From: Candidatus Saganbacteria bacterium
GTDB lineage: Bacteria > Margulisbacteria > WOR-1 > O2-12-FULL-45-9 > XYB2-FULL-48-7
Direction of reading: 5' to 3'
DNA: 46,572 nt
Assembly: GCA_016939335.1 (NCBI GenBank)
Contig: JAFGHC010000037.1
Coordinates: 1 to 46,572, forward strand
Shown here: positions 30,710 through 38,872 of the stretch, piece by piece
Position numbering within the stretch: position 1 is the first letter of the stretch
Layout: each line of letters starts with the position of its first letter
Notes under the pieces: model-generated
The model's input: only the letters and a program-made list of their open reading frames with translations
What the model was told of the DNA's origin: nothing
Database searches by the model: none
Translations under genes and position numbers: made by a program

Positions 30710-31726
30710 ATGGAAGAGAAAATCAGCCGGCTCAGGGACGAGGCGCTCCGGGCCGTTGCCGACTCCCGGAACTTGGCCGCCCTCGACGAAGCGCGCGTCA
30801 AATATACCGGCAAAAAGAGCGGCCTGCAGGAGCTTCTGAAGTCGCTCGGCGCCGCCGCGCCGGAAGAACGCCCGAAGCTCGGCGCCCTGGTCAACGAGGC
30901 CAAACAGGCGATCGAACAGGCGCTCGGCGACCGCAAGGCCGTTCTCCGGCAGACCGAACAGGACCAGAAGATCGCCGCCGAAAAACTCGACATCACGCTC
31001 CCCGGCAAAGGGATCAAAAGAGGCCGCCTTCATCCGCTGACGCAGGTGATGGACGAGGCCAAGGCGATCTTCGGCCGGCTGGGGTTCGAGATCGCCGAAG
31101 GGCCGGAGGCCGAGACCGAGTATTATAATTTCGACGGGCTCAACATCCCGCCGCACCACCCGTCGCGCGACATGTGGGCGACCTTCTTCATCAAGGACGA
31201 CGTGTTGCTGCGGACGCACACTTCGCCGGTCCAGATCAGGGTGATGGAGAAGCGCAAGCCGCCGCTCGCCATCATCGCCCCCGGCCGCGTCTACCGGCGC
31301 GACAGCGACGCCACGCATTCGCCGGTCTTCCAGCAGCTGGAGGGCTTTCTCGTCAACGAGAACGTGACGTTCGGCGACCTCAAAGGGACGCTGACCGAAT
31401 TCCTGCGCCAGATGTTCGGCAAAGAAAAGAATGTCCGCTTCCGCCCCAGCTTTTTCCCGTTCACCGAGCCGTCGGCCGAGGTCGACGTCGAGTGCGTCAT
31501 CTGCTCCGGCAAGGGCTGCCGGCTGTGCAAGGGGACCGGCTGGCTGGAGATCCTCGGCGCGGGGATGATCGACCCGAACGTCTTCAAAGCGGTCGGCTAT
31601 GACGCGGAAAAATACAGCGGGTTCGCCTTCGGCATGGGGATCGACCGGATCGCGATGCTGAAATACGGAATAGATGACATTCGCCTGCTGTACGAAAATG
31701 ACCTGCGTTTTCTGGAGCAATTTTAG
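30710..31726 (+). CDS. pheS: Phenylalanyl-tRNA synthetase alpha subunit
   Basis: LLRTHTSPVQIR, RPSFFPFTEPS, GFAFGMG. Confidence 0.99.
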   Translation: MEEKISRLRDEALRAVADSRNLAALDEARVKYTGKKSGLQELLKSLGAAAPEERPKLGALVNEAKQAIEQALGDRKAVLRQTEQDQKIAAEKLDITLPGKGIKRGRLHPLTQVMDEAKAIFGRLGFEIAEGPEAETEYYNFDGLNIPPHHPSRDMWATFFIKDDVLLRTHTSPVQIRVMEKRKPPLAIIAPGRVYRRDSDATHSPVFQQLEGFLVNENVTFGDLKGTLTEFLRQMFGKEKNVRFRPSFFPFTEPSAEVDVECVICSGKGCRLCKGTGWLEILGAGMIDPNVFKAVGYDAEKYSGFAFGMGIDRIAMLKYGIDDIRLLYENDLRFLEQF

Positions 31727-31735
31727 AGAAGGAGA

Positions 31736-31765
31736 TAATTCCCCACATTTAAATGTGGGGAATTA
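31736..31765. repeat. Perfect 30-bp palindrome of the CCCCACA family
   Basis: taattccccacatttaaatgtggggaatta. Confidence 0.9.
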
Positions 31766-31777
31766 AAATCATAATAT

Positions 31778-33763
31778 ATGAGAGTGCCGATCGATTGGCT
31801 TAAAGAGTTAATAATATTCCGCTCGAGCCCGGGGCAGGTGGCCGAGATGCTGACGATGGGGGGGCTGGAGGCGATCGTCCTGCCGGACGATGTCCTGGAA
31901 GTCGATGTCCTGCCGAACCGCGCCGACTGCTGGAGCGTCCGCGGGATCGCGCGCGAAGTGTCCGCCTTGACCAAATTCAAAAGTAAAAATTCAAAAGTGA
32001 AAATTAAGGAATCATTCAAAAGATTAGGCGGTGCGGTCAAAGTCGAAGTGCGCGACAAGGACCTCTGCCCGCGCTACATGGCGCGCGTGATCGAGAACGT
32101 CAAGGTCGCCGAATCGCCCGAATGGCTCAAGAAACGGCTGGAACAGGCCGGCCTCCGCCCGGTCAACAACGTCGTCGACGTGACCAATTATCTGCTCCAC
32201 GAGCTCGGCCAGCCGATGCACGCGTTCGACGCCGCGCTGATCAAAGAGCAGTTCATCATCGTCCGGCGCGCCAATCCGGGCGAAAAGGTCGTCACGCTCG
32301 ACGGCAAAGAGCATAAATTGGAGCCCGACATGCTGGTCATCGCCGATCAGGAGAAAGCGATCGCCGTGGCCGGCATCATGGGCTGCGCCAATACCGAGGT
32401 GAGCGCCGCCACCAAGAGCGTGATCCTGGAATCGGCTTATTTCAATCCGGTCTCGATCCACAAAACTTCCAAGCTGGTCAAGACGCGGAGCGAGTCGTCG
32501 CTCCGCTTCGAGCACGGGGTCGACTGGGACGCCGTGGCCGAAGCGCTCGACCGCGGCGCCGCGCTGGTCGCGGAGCTGGGCCGGGGCGAAGTCTTAAGAG
32601 GCAAAGTCGACGAAATCGGCAAAGAACAGAAACCGAAAACCGTGGAGTTGCGCTGTGACCGCGTCAACCAGGTCCTCGGCGCGGCCATTCCGCAGGGCGA
32701 CATGATCAGCATCCTGAAACGGTTGTGCTTTTCGGTCAAGAAAGCGGATAGTAGAAAGTTGAAAGTAGGGATCCCCTCGTTCCGCGCCATGGACATCGAG
32801 CGGGAGATCGACCTGGTCGAGGAGATCGCCCGGATCTGGGGCTACCAGCGGATCGAAGCGACGCTCCCCGGCGCCGCTTTCCCGGGGCGCGAGCCCGCGC
32901 GCGAAGACAATTTCCACGGCCGGGTGCGGGAGATCCTGGCCGGCTGCGGGCTCTGCGAGGTCCAGTCATACAGCATGCTCGGGCCAAAAGAGATCACGGC
33001 TGATAACGTCATCCGGATCGGCAACCCGCTGACGGTCGAAGAGAGCATCATGAGGACCGACATCGTGACCGGCCTGCTCAAGACGGCCGTTTACAACCAG
33101 AACCGGCAGGTCGAGAACATCCTGATCTTTGAGATCGGCCGGACTTTTGCGCCGTCGCCGGAGAAACTGCCGGCCGAAAAATGGGCGCTGGGCGGGCTGC
33201 TGACCGGCTCGCCGTTCATGAGCGCGCTCGACAAGGGCGAAGTCGACTATTATTACGTCAAAGGGATCATCGAGAATCTTTACCGCGGCCTGGGGCTCGA
33301 ACTGCCGCCGCTTGCCGGCGGCGCCGCCAGGCTGCTCCAGCCGGGCAAAGGGGCGGTCATCGCAGGGGTCGGCGTCTTTGGCGCGCTCCATCCGGACGTC
33401 CGGAGAAAATATGAGCTCTCCAAGCCGGTCTTCTTTTTTGAGCTCGACCTTGAGGCTTTATATAAACTGACGGCGGCGGAGAAGAAATGCCGGCCGCTGC
33501 CGAAATTCCCGGCCGTCAGCCGCGACATCTCGATGTTCCTCCCGGCCGGGCTGACGAACCAGGCGATCGTCGAACTGGTCGAGCGGGTGGGGGGCGACCT
33601 GGTCGAAGCGGTCTATCCGTTCGATAAATACAATGAGAGCGCGGCTTACCGGATCGTTTACCGGAGCGGCGAGCGGACGCTGACCGAGAACGAGGTCAAC
33701 GCCAGGCACCAGGAGATCGTCGCGGCGCTGACGTCGAAGCTGGCAGTAAAACTTCGGACTTAG
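31778..33763 (+). CDS. pheT: Phenylalanyl-tRNA synthetase beta subunit lacking the B2 OB-fold
   Basis: PNRADC, NNVVDVTNY, GQPMHAFD, DLVEEIARI, C-terminal FDX-ACB. Confidence 0.97.
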   Translation: MRVPIDWLKELIIFRSSPGQVAEMLTMGGLEAIVLPDDVLEVDVLPNRADCWSVRGIAREVSALTKFKSKNSKVKIKESFKRLGGAVKVEVRDKDLCPRYMARVIENVKVAESPEWLKKRLEQAGLRPVNNVVDVTNYLLHELGQPMHAFDAALIKEQFIIVRRANPGEKVVTLDGKEHKLEPDMLVIADQEKAIAVAGIMGCANTEVSAATKSVILESAYFNPVSIHKTSKLVKTRSESSLRFEHGVDWDAVAEALDRGAALVAELGRGEVLRGKVDEIGKEQKPKTVELRCDRVNQVLGAAIPQGDMISILKRLCFSVKKADSRKLKVGIPSFRAMDIEREIDLVEEIARIWGYQRIEATLPGAAFPGREPAREDNFHGRVREILAGCGLCEVQSYSMLGPKEITADNVIRIGNPLTVEESIMRTDIVTGLLKTAVYNQNRQVENILIFEIGRTFAPSPEKLPAEKWALGGLLTGSPFMSALDKGEVDYYYVKGIIENLYRGLGLELPPLAGGAARLLQPGKGAVIAGVGVFGALHPDVRRKYELSKPVFFFELDLEALYKLTAAEKKCRPLPKFPAVSRDISMFLPAGLTNQAIVELVERVGGDLVEAVYPFDKYNESAAYRIVYRSGERTLTENEVNARHQEIVAALTSKLAVKLRT

Positions 33764-33892
33764 TTATCGTAACCTGCGACTGAAAGATGATTTCATAACC
33801 TGCGACTGAACGTCGCGGTTAATTTTAACAGAGAGGTTTACTCTCTGTTACGGAGATGTTATCGTAACCTGCGACTGAACGTCGCGGTTAAT
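33763..33892 (+). repeat. Array of REP (TAACCTGCGACTGAACGTCGCGGTTA) and ACAGAGAG-loop-CTCTCTGT hairpins
   Basis: REP copies at 33770 (partial), 33796 and 33865; second hairpin at 33826-33850. Confidence 0.9.
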
Positions 33893-33902
33893 TTGAATTA
33901 AC

Positions 33903-34349
33903 ATGAAAAGAAACCCATTATTTATTTTTGTAGTAGTAATCATAACGCTCTATGTTAGCGCTGCCAGTACTTTTGCGCTAAAGAATCAATTCAACCTCCA
34001 GGCCAGAATATATGCCAGCGTTCCGATCGTTGAAATAGGAGTGCCGATAGGCAAGGTTGATTATCTCGAATTTGGTTATGGTAGATTCGACTACAATGGA
34101 GTTAATTATTACATCCCGCTGATCTATTCATGGCAGTTGAGTGGTTCTGCCAGTGAAAGGTCAGCATTAAGATTTGGCGCCATGTTTTATCATCATGACG
34201 AGGTCGATGTGTTCTTTCCAAATCATGATGGGACCTTTCCTGTCCTGCTGTACGAACAGGAACGGGCGATCAATGATAATCTCACCTGGCTTTTCAATCT
34301 CGGGATACCCAATTTAGCCGGGTTCGGATTGAAGTGGTATTTAAATTAA
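33903..34349 (+). CDS. Hypothetical exported protein, possible small beta-barrel (cargo)
   Basis: Signal-peptide-like N-terminus, amphipathic strands, GFGLKWYLN end; AT-rich. Confidence 0.75.
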   Translation: MKRNPLFIFVVVIITLYVSAASTFALKNQFNLQARIYASVPIVEIGVPIGKVDYLEFGYGRFDYNGVNYYIPLIYSWQLSGSASERSALRFGAMFYHHDEVDVFFPNHDGTFPVLLYEQERAINDNLTWLFNLGIPNLAGFGLKWYLN

Positions 34350-34459
34350 CAGAGAGGATCACTCTCTGTTCTGAAGATGTTTTCGTAACCTGCGACTGAA
34401 CGTCGCGGTTAATGGAAAATCACTATTGACAGAGAGGTTCACTCTCTGTTCTGAAGATG
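34346..34459 (+). repeat. Second 68-bp composite repeat plus a partial third copy
   Basis: 34346-34413 matches 33825-33892 at 62/68; ttgacagagaggttcactctctgttctgaagatg at 34426. Confidence 0.9.
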
Positions 34460-34485
34460 CTGTTGGCGGAGTGAATAAGGAAAAA

Positions 34486-34878
34486 ATGTACTACCACTAT
34501 ACTTTTCGTACTTATAAAAGCAAGTCTTGCTTATTCGACAAGGATTTTAAGGTAAAGCTGGCAAACGAATTCAGGAAAATAGCTGAAAATAAGGGCTTTG
34601 AGCTTATTGAGCAGAGTGTTTTGGAGGATCACGTTCATCTTCTGGTGAAACAAGGCCAAGCTGATTCCACACAGTATGTCATGCGTATGTTCAAGGGGAT
34701 TTCTGCCCGTCATTTTTTCCAAGAATTTCCCTCAAACCGGTTTGAATACCGCAAACTTTGGGGAAGGGGTTATTTTTATCGCAAAATAGCAGAGAGCGAG
34801 CTTCCGGAAGTGATAGAATATATCAGAAACCAAATCAGTGCCAACGGTTATGATAAGCGATATTCAATGGTCAAATAG
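34486..34878 (+). CDS. tnpA: IS200/IS605-family Y1 (HUH) transposase, REP-associated-like, without TnpB
   Basis: DHVHLL (HUH), FKGISA, LWGRGYF, EYIRNQ catalytic Tyr. Confidence 0.92.
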   Translation: MYYHYTFRTYKSKSCLFDKDFKVKLANEFRKIAENKGFELIEQSVLEDHVHLLVKQGQADSTQYVMRMFKGISARHFFQEFPSNRFEYRKLWGRGYFYRKIAESELPEVIEYIRNQISANGYDKRYSMVK

Positions 34879-34882
34879 GGAA

Positions 34883-34918
34883 GAAAATAACCGCGAAGTT
34901 CATTCGCAGGTTATTTTC
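34883..34918 (-). repeat. Reverse-oriented REP closing the tnpA element
   Basis: taaccgcgaagttcattcgcaggtta is the reverse complement of the REP with two substitutions. Confidence 0.85.
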
Positions 34919-34935
34919 GGATTGAAGGAATAATT

Positions 34936-37437
34936 ATGCCCGACCTAACCCCGATGGCCCGGCAATACCAGGAGATGAAAGCGCTCCACAAGGACGCCAT
35001 TCTCTTTTTCCGCCTGGGCGACTTCTACGAGATGTTCTATGGCGACGCCGAACTGGCGGCGCGCGAGCTCGACCTGACGCTGACCGGCCGCGGCAAGGAC
35101 GACAACCGGATGCCGATGTGCGGCGTCCCGTACCACGCGGCCGAGGGCTACATCGCCAAACTGATCGAGAAGGGCTACAAAGTCGCCATCTGCGAGCAGG
35201 TGGAAGACCCGAAGCTGGCGAAAGGGCTGGTCAAGCGCGACATCATCCGGATCGTCACCCCGGGGACCATCCTTGAATCGTCGATGCTTTCCGAGAAGAC
35301 CAACAACTACCTGATGGCCGTCAATCATGAAAAGGGGGCCTTCGGGCTGGCGTTCGTTGATGCGACGACGGGCGAATTCAAACTGACAGATTTTGCTTCC
35401 GTTGAACAGCTTAACGACGAGGTCAGGCGGATCAACCCGGCGGAAGTGCTCGTTTCGGACATGTTCAAATGGGATGGCGGTCTGAAGACCGCCTCTACTT
35501 TTAAGGACGTTTATGATAACGAGACCGCCGTTGAAAAACTTTTAGAGCATTTTAAGGTCAAATCGCTTGAAGCGTTCGGGCTGACCGGCCGGGAAACGGC
35601 GCTCGGCGCGGCGGCGGCTATCCTTGATTATCTGAAAGAGACGCAGAAGACGACGCTCGGCCATATCAACGTCCTCAAGCTTTATCACACCGCCGACTAC
35701 ATGTTCATCGACGGCGTGACGCGGCGGAACCTCGAGCTGACGCAGACCGCGCGCGACAAGTCGCTGCGCGGCAGCCTCCTCTGGGTGCTCGACCGGACCC
35801 GGACGTCGATGGGGGCCCGGCTCCTCAAGCAATGGCTCCTCCAGCCGCTCCTCGACGCGGCCGCGATCGAACGCCGGCTGGACGCCGTGGCGGAGCTGTT
35901 CCACAACGGTTTGCTGCGCTCGGAGCTGGGCGAAGGGCTGAAAAAGGTCTTCGATATCGAGCGGCTGACCGGCAAGGCCGCGACGCAGACGGCCAACGCA
36001 CGCGATCTGGCCGCGCTGAAAGATTCGCTGAAGCAATTGCCGAAACTCAGGAGCATGCTTAAGGATTGTCGTTCTTCTCTCCTAAAACAACTTGATTCCC
36101 CACATTTAAATGTGGGGAATAATAACAATGATTGGGAAAAGCAGATCATCGAGCTGATCTCCCGCGCCGTCGTCGACGACCCGCCGTTCGTCATCAAAGA
36201 GGGCGGGCTGATCAAGTCTGGTTACAACGCCGAGCTGGACGAGCTGAAAAAAGCGACCGGCGGCGGCAAACAGTGGCTGGCCGAGCTGGAAGCGTCGGAG
36301 CGGCAGCGGACCGGCATCAAATCGCTCAAGGTCGGCTTCACCAAGGTCTTCGGTTATTTCATCGAGGTGACGAATAGCAACCTCGACCAGGTGCCGCCCG
36401 ATTACATCAGGAAACAGACGCTGGTCAACGGCGAGCGATTCATCACCCCCGGCCTGAAGGAGAAGGAAACGCTGATCCTCAACGCCGCTGAGCGGATGAA
36501 AGAGCTCGAATACGAACTGCTGGTCGATCTGCGCAAACAAGTCGCGTCCTATACCAAAGAACTGCAGGCGGCGGCCGCGGCCGTCGCGCAAACGGACGTT
36601 TTGCTGTCGCTTGCGGAAGCGGCGGTGGAGAACCGTTATTGCCGGCCAGTCACGGGTCGCGGGTCACGAGTCGCTATTAAAGACGGAAGGCATCCCGTTG
36701 TCGAAAAGACGCTGGGCGAGTTCCAATTCGTCCCCAATGACGTGATATTAGATGAAAAGCAGGACTTCCTGCTGATCACCGGCCCGAACATGGGGGGCAA
36801 ATCGACCTACATGCGCCAGGCGGCGCTCATCTGCCTGCTGGCGCAGATCGGCTCGTTCGTGCCGGCCAAGTCGGCGGAGCTCGGCCTGATCGACCGGATC
36901 TTCACGCGCATCGGCGCGATGGACGACATCTATGCCGGGCAGTCGACGTTCATGGTCGAAATGACCGAGACGGCCAACATCATCAATAATGCGACGGAAA
37001 AAAGCTTGATCATTCTGGACGAGATCGGGCGGGGGACCGCCACTTTCGACGGCATGTCGATCGCGGCGGCGGTGGCGGAATACATTCATGCCAGAATTAA
37101 GGCGAAAACGCTCTTTGCCACTCACTATCACGAGATCACCCAGCTGGCCGACAAGCATCCGGGGATAAAAAACATCAACGTTTCCGTCAGGGAAGAGGGG
37201 GACAAGATAACTTTCCTCCACAAGGTCGCCGACGGCCCGGCCGACCGCTCGTACGGCATCCAGGTGGCCAAACTGGCCGGCCTGCCGGAAGAAGTTGTGA
37301 AACGCTCGAAAGAAATATATAATACGCTGGCGATGGTCGAGAACGATCTTGGGAAAGTCAAAAGTCAAAAATCAAAAGTAAAAATTGCAAGTAAAAAGTC
37401 AAAAGTCGCGGACCGGGACCAGGTCAGTTTGTTTTAG
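34936..37437 (+). CDS. mutS: DNA mismatch repair protein MutS
   Basis: RLGDFYEMF, TGPNMGGKSTYMRQ, STFMVEM, DEIGRGT. Confidence 0.99.
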   Translation: MPDLTPMARQYQEMKALHKDAILFFRLGDFYEMFYGDAELAARELDLTLTGRGKDDNRMPMCGVPYHAAEGYIAKLIEKGYKVAICEQVEDPKLAKGLVKRDIIRIVTPGTILESSMLSEKTNNYLMAVNHEKGAFGLAFVDATTGEFKLTDFASVEQLNDEVRRINPAEVLVSDMFKWDGGLKTASTFKDVYDNETAVEKLLEHFKVKSLEAFGLTGRETALGAAAAILDYLKETQKTTLGHINVLKLYHTADYMFIDGVTRRNLELTQTARDKSLRGSLLWVLDRTRTSMGARLLKQWLLQPLLDAAAIERRLDAVAELFHNGLLRSELGEGLKKVFDIERLTGKAATQTANARDLAALKDSLKQLPKLRSMLKDCRSSLLKQLDSPHLNVGNNNNDWEKQIIELISRAVVDDPPFVIKEGGLIKSGYNAELDELKKATGGGKQWLAELEASERQRTGIKSLKVGFTKVFGYFIEVTNSNLDQVPPDYIRKQTLVNGERFITPGLKEKETLILNAAERMKELEYELLVDLRKQVASYTKELQAAAAAVAQTDVLLSLAEAAVENRYCRPVTGRGSRVAIKDGRHPVVEKTLGEFQFVPNDVILDEKQDFLLITGPNMGGKSTYMRQAALICLLAQIGSFVPAKSAELGLIDRIFTRIGAMDDIYAGQSTFMVEMTETANIINNATEKSLIILDEIGRGTATFDGMSIAAAVAEYIHARIKAKTLFATHYHEITQLADKHPGIKNINVSVREEGDKITFLHKVADGPADRSYGIQVAKLAGLPEEVVKRSKEIYNTLAMVENDLGKVKSQKSKVKIASKKSKVADRDQVSLF

Positions 37438-37447
37438 GAGCTGTCAG

Positions 37448-37888
37448 ATGAAAAACATGGCGGGGCTGATTTTATTGGCGGTCATCTTTTCCAGCCAACC
37501 CGTCTTGGCTTCTCACACGGCTATGATCGGCGGTCTGCGCAGCGGACTGGGGCTGGGAGCGGAAACGGACCGCCAGCTCGGCCCGGTCGCCGCGCGGTTC
37601 GGGGTCGAGGCGGCCACCGGCGAAGACCTCTTGCCGGCCGGCGACAACCCGTTCATCATCTTTGCCGGGCTGAAGCTGCCGCTCCTCACCCTGGGCGGCC
37701 GGCCGGTTGACTGGAGTTTCGGTTTCATCGGCAATTACGGCAACCGCACGGAGCAGGGCGAGTATTTTTCACTGCTGTTCGAGAAGCTCGGCGGCAACGA
37801 GGCGGCTTTTCTGGAGACCGGCCTCGACTGGTTCGGCGACCATGGTCACGTTCAGGCGCAGTTAGGCTTCAGGTTCCTGGCCGATTAA
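37448..37888 (+). CDS. Hypothetical exported small beta-barrel-like protein (paralog 1)
   Basis: RBS AGGAG, signal peptide, IGGLRSGLGLG, ends QLGFRF. Confidence 0.8.
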   Translation: MKNMAGLILLAVIFSSQPVLASHTAMIGGLRSGLGLGAETDRQLGPVAARFGVEAATGEDLLPAGDNPFIIFAGLKLPLLTLGGRPVDWSFGFIGNYGNRTEQGEYFSLLFEKLGGNEAAFLETGLDWFGDHGHVQAQLGFRFLAD

Positions 37889-37909
37889 ACGGCGAAAGGG
37901 GAGAGTAAG

Positions 37910-38326
37910 ATGAGAAAAGTGTTGTTTGGCTGTTTGCTGGCGGGGTTATTGATCGGTTGTTCGCAGGCGGCGCAGCTGGCGGTGATCGGCGGGGTCCGGG
38001 ACGGTTTGGCGGTCGGGGTCATGGCCGACCAGAGCGTTGCCCACAACCTCGGCCTGCGCTACGGCCTCGAGGCGAACACCGGCAGGCAGCCGATCATCGC
38101 ATTCCTGGGCGGGAAATTCTACCTGACCAGCGTCGGACGCCAGATGCCAATGTCACTGGGGCTGGGCGCCGTCGCTTACGTGGGGAACGGCAAAACCTCG
38201 CCGGGGCTCTCGCTGTCGCTGATCATTGACCGCGCGTTCAACCTGCCCCAGCTTTTTATCGAGGCGGGGGTTGACGCGGCCGACCAGGGGCGGTTCCAGC
38301 TTCAGCTGGGGTATAAGATATACTGA
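37910..38326 (+). CDS. Hypothetical exported small beta-barrel-like protein (paralog 2)
   Basis: Signal peptide, IGGVRDGLAVG, ends QLGYKIY. Confidence 0.85.
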   Translation: MRKVLFGCLLAGLLIGCSQAAQLAVIGGVRDGLAVGVMADQSVAHNLGLRYGLEANTGRQPIIAFLGGKFYLTSVGRQMPMSLGLGAVAYVGNGKTSPGLSLSLIIDRAFNLPQLFIEAGVDAADQGRFQLQLGYKIY

Positions 38327-38335
38327 AGCCTTGTT

Positions 38336-38436
38336 AATGAACAATGACTCAATTAACAATGAACAACAAGGAATTGTTATTTAAGTGTCGCGCAGCGACA
38401 CCACGTTGTTCATTATGTCATTGTTAATTGTTCATT
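38336..38436. repeat. Inverted heptamer arrays (AATGAAC / GTTCATT) with a central GC hairpin
   Basis: aatgaac aatgactc aattaac aatgaac ... gttcattatgtcattgttaattgttcatt; gtgtcgc-gca-gcgacac at 38385-38401. Confidence 0.8.
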
Positions 38437-38488
38437 GAGGGAAGGGGCCGGTTTAAGAGCGGGTGCGGATTGATAAGATAATTTGGCA

Positions 38489-38548
38489 CCCCACACTAAA
38501 GTGTGGGGAATTATAGTCATATAATATTCCCCATACTTCAGTATGGGG
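38489..38548. repeat. Doublet of CCCCA-family REP-like palindromes
   Basis: ccccacactaaagtgtgggg (38489) and ccccatacttcagtatgggg (38529). Confidence 0.85.
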
Positions 38549-38569
38549 TTTCAAAATAATAGCGAAAGC

Positions 38570-38598
38570 TTGACAGTTGGCGGGCCAGCGTCTAAAAT
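38570..38598 (+). promoter_or_regulatory. Sigma70 promoter
   Basis: TTGACA-17nt-TAAAAT. Confidence 0.8.
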
Positions 38599-38647
38599 GC
38601 CGGAGCAGTCGGCAAGAGCAAGAAAACGAATTGAAGGAGGTGGCAAC

Positions 38648-38794
38648 ATGGCAGGGACCAAGGGGTATTGCGTAAAGTGCAAAAAGAAACAGGAGATGAA
38701 GAATCCGAAAGCAGTGACGATGAAGAACGGCCGCAAAGCGATGAAAGGCGAGTGCCCGGACTGCGGCACCAAGATGTTCAAGATCGGCGGGTAA
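38648..38794 (+). CDS. Small basic zinc-ribbon protein (DUF5679-like)
   Basis: YCVKC...TMKNGR.AMKGECPDCGTKMFKI; RBS GAAGGAGG. Confidence 0.88.
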   Translation: MAGTKGYCVKCKKKQEMKNPKAVTMKNGRKAMKGECPDCGTKMFKIGG

Positions 38795-38817
38795 TCATTC
38801 CAAAATTCTAACGTTAG

Positions 38818-38858
38818 AAAAAGGCCGCGGCTTCAGTTTGAGGTCCGCGGTCTTTTTT
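38818..38858. terminator. Rho-independent terminator, possibly bidirectional
   Basis: A5-ggccgcgg...ccgcggtc-T6. Confidence 0.75.
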
Positions 38859-38872
38859 GTTATAATGCGCTC

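Noticed and set aside
33763..34459. Repeat array as a CRISPR
   Set aside because: Intervening segments are themselves repeated hairpins or a whole gene, spacing is irregular, there are no cas genes, and a Y1 transposase is adjacent.
34426..34485. Longer TTG start for tnpA (likewise 38543, 37385 and 42300 for their genes)
   Set aside because: The extensions run through repeats or upstream genes; downstream ATGs have an RBS and match the family N-termini.
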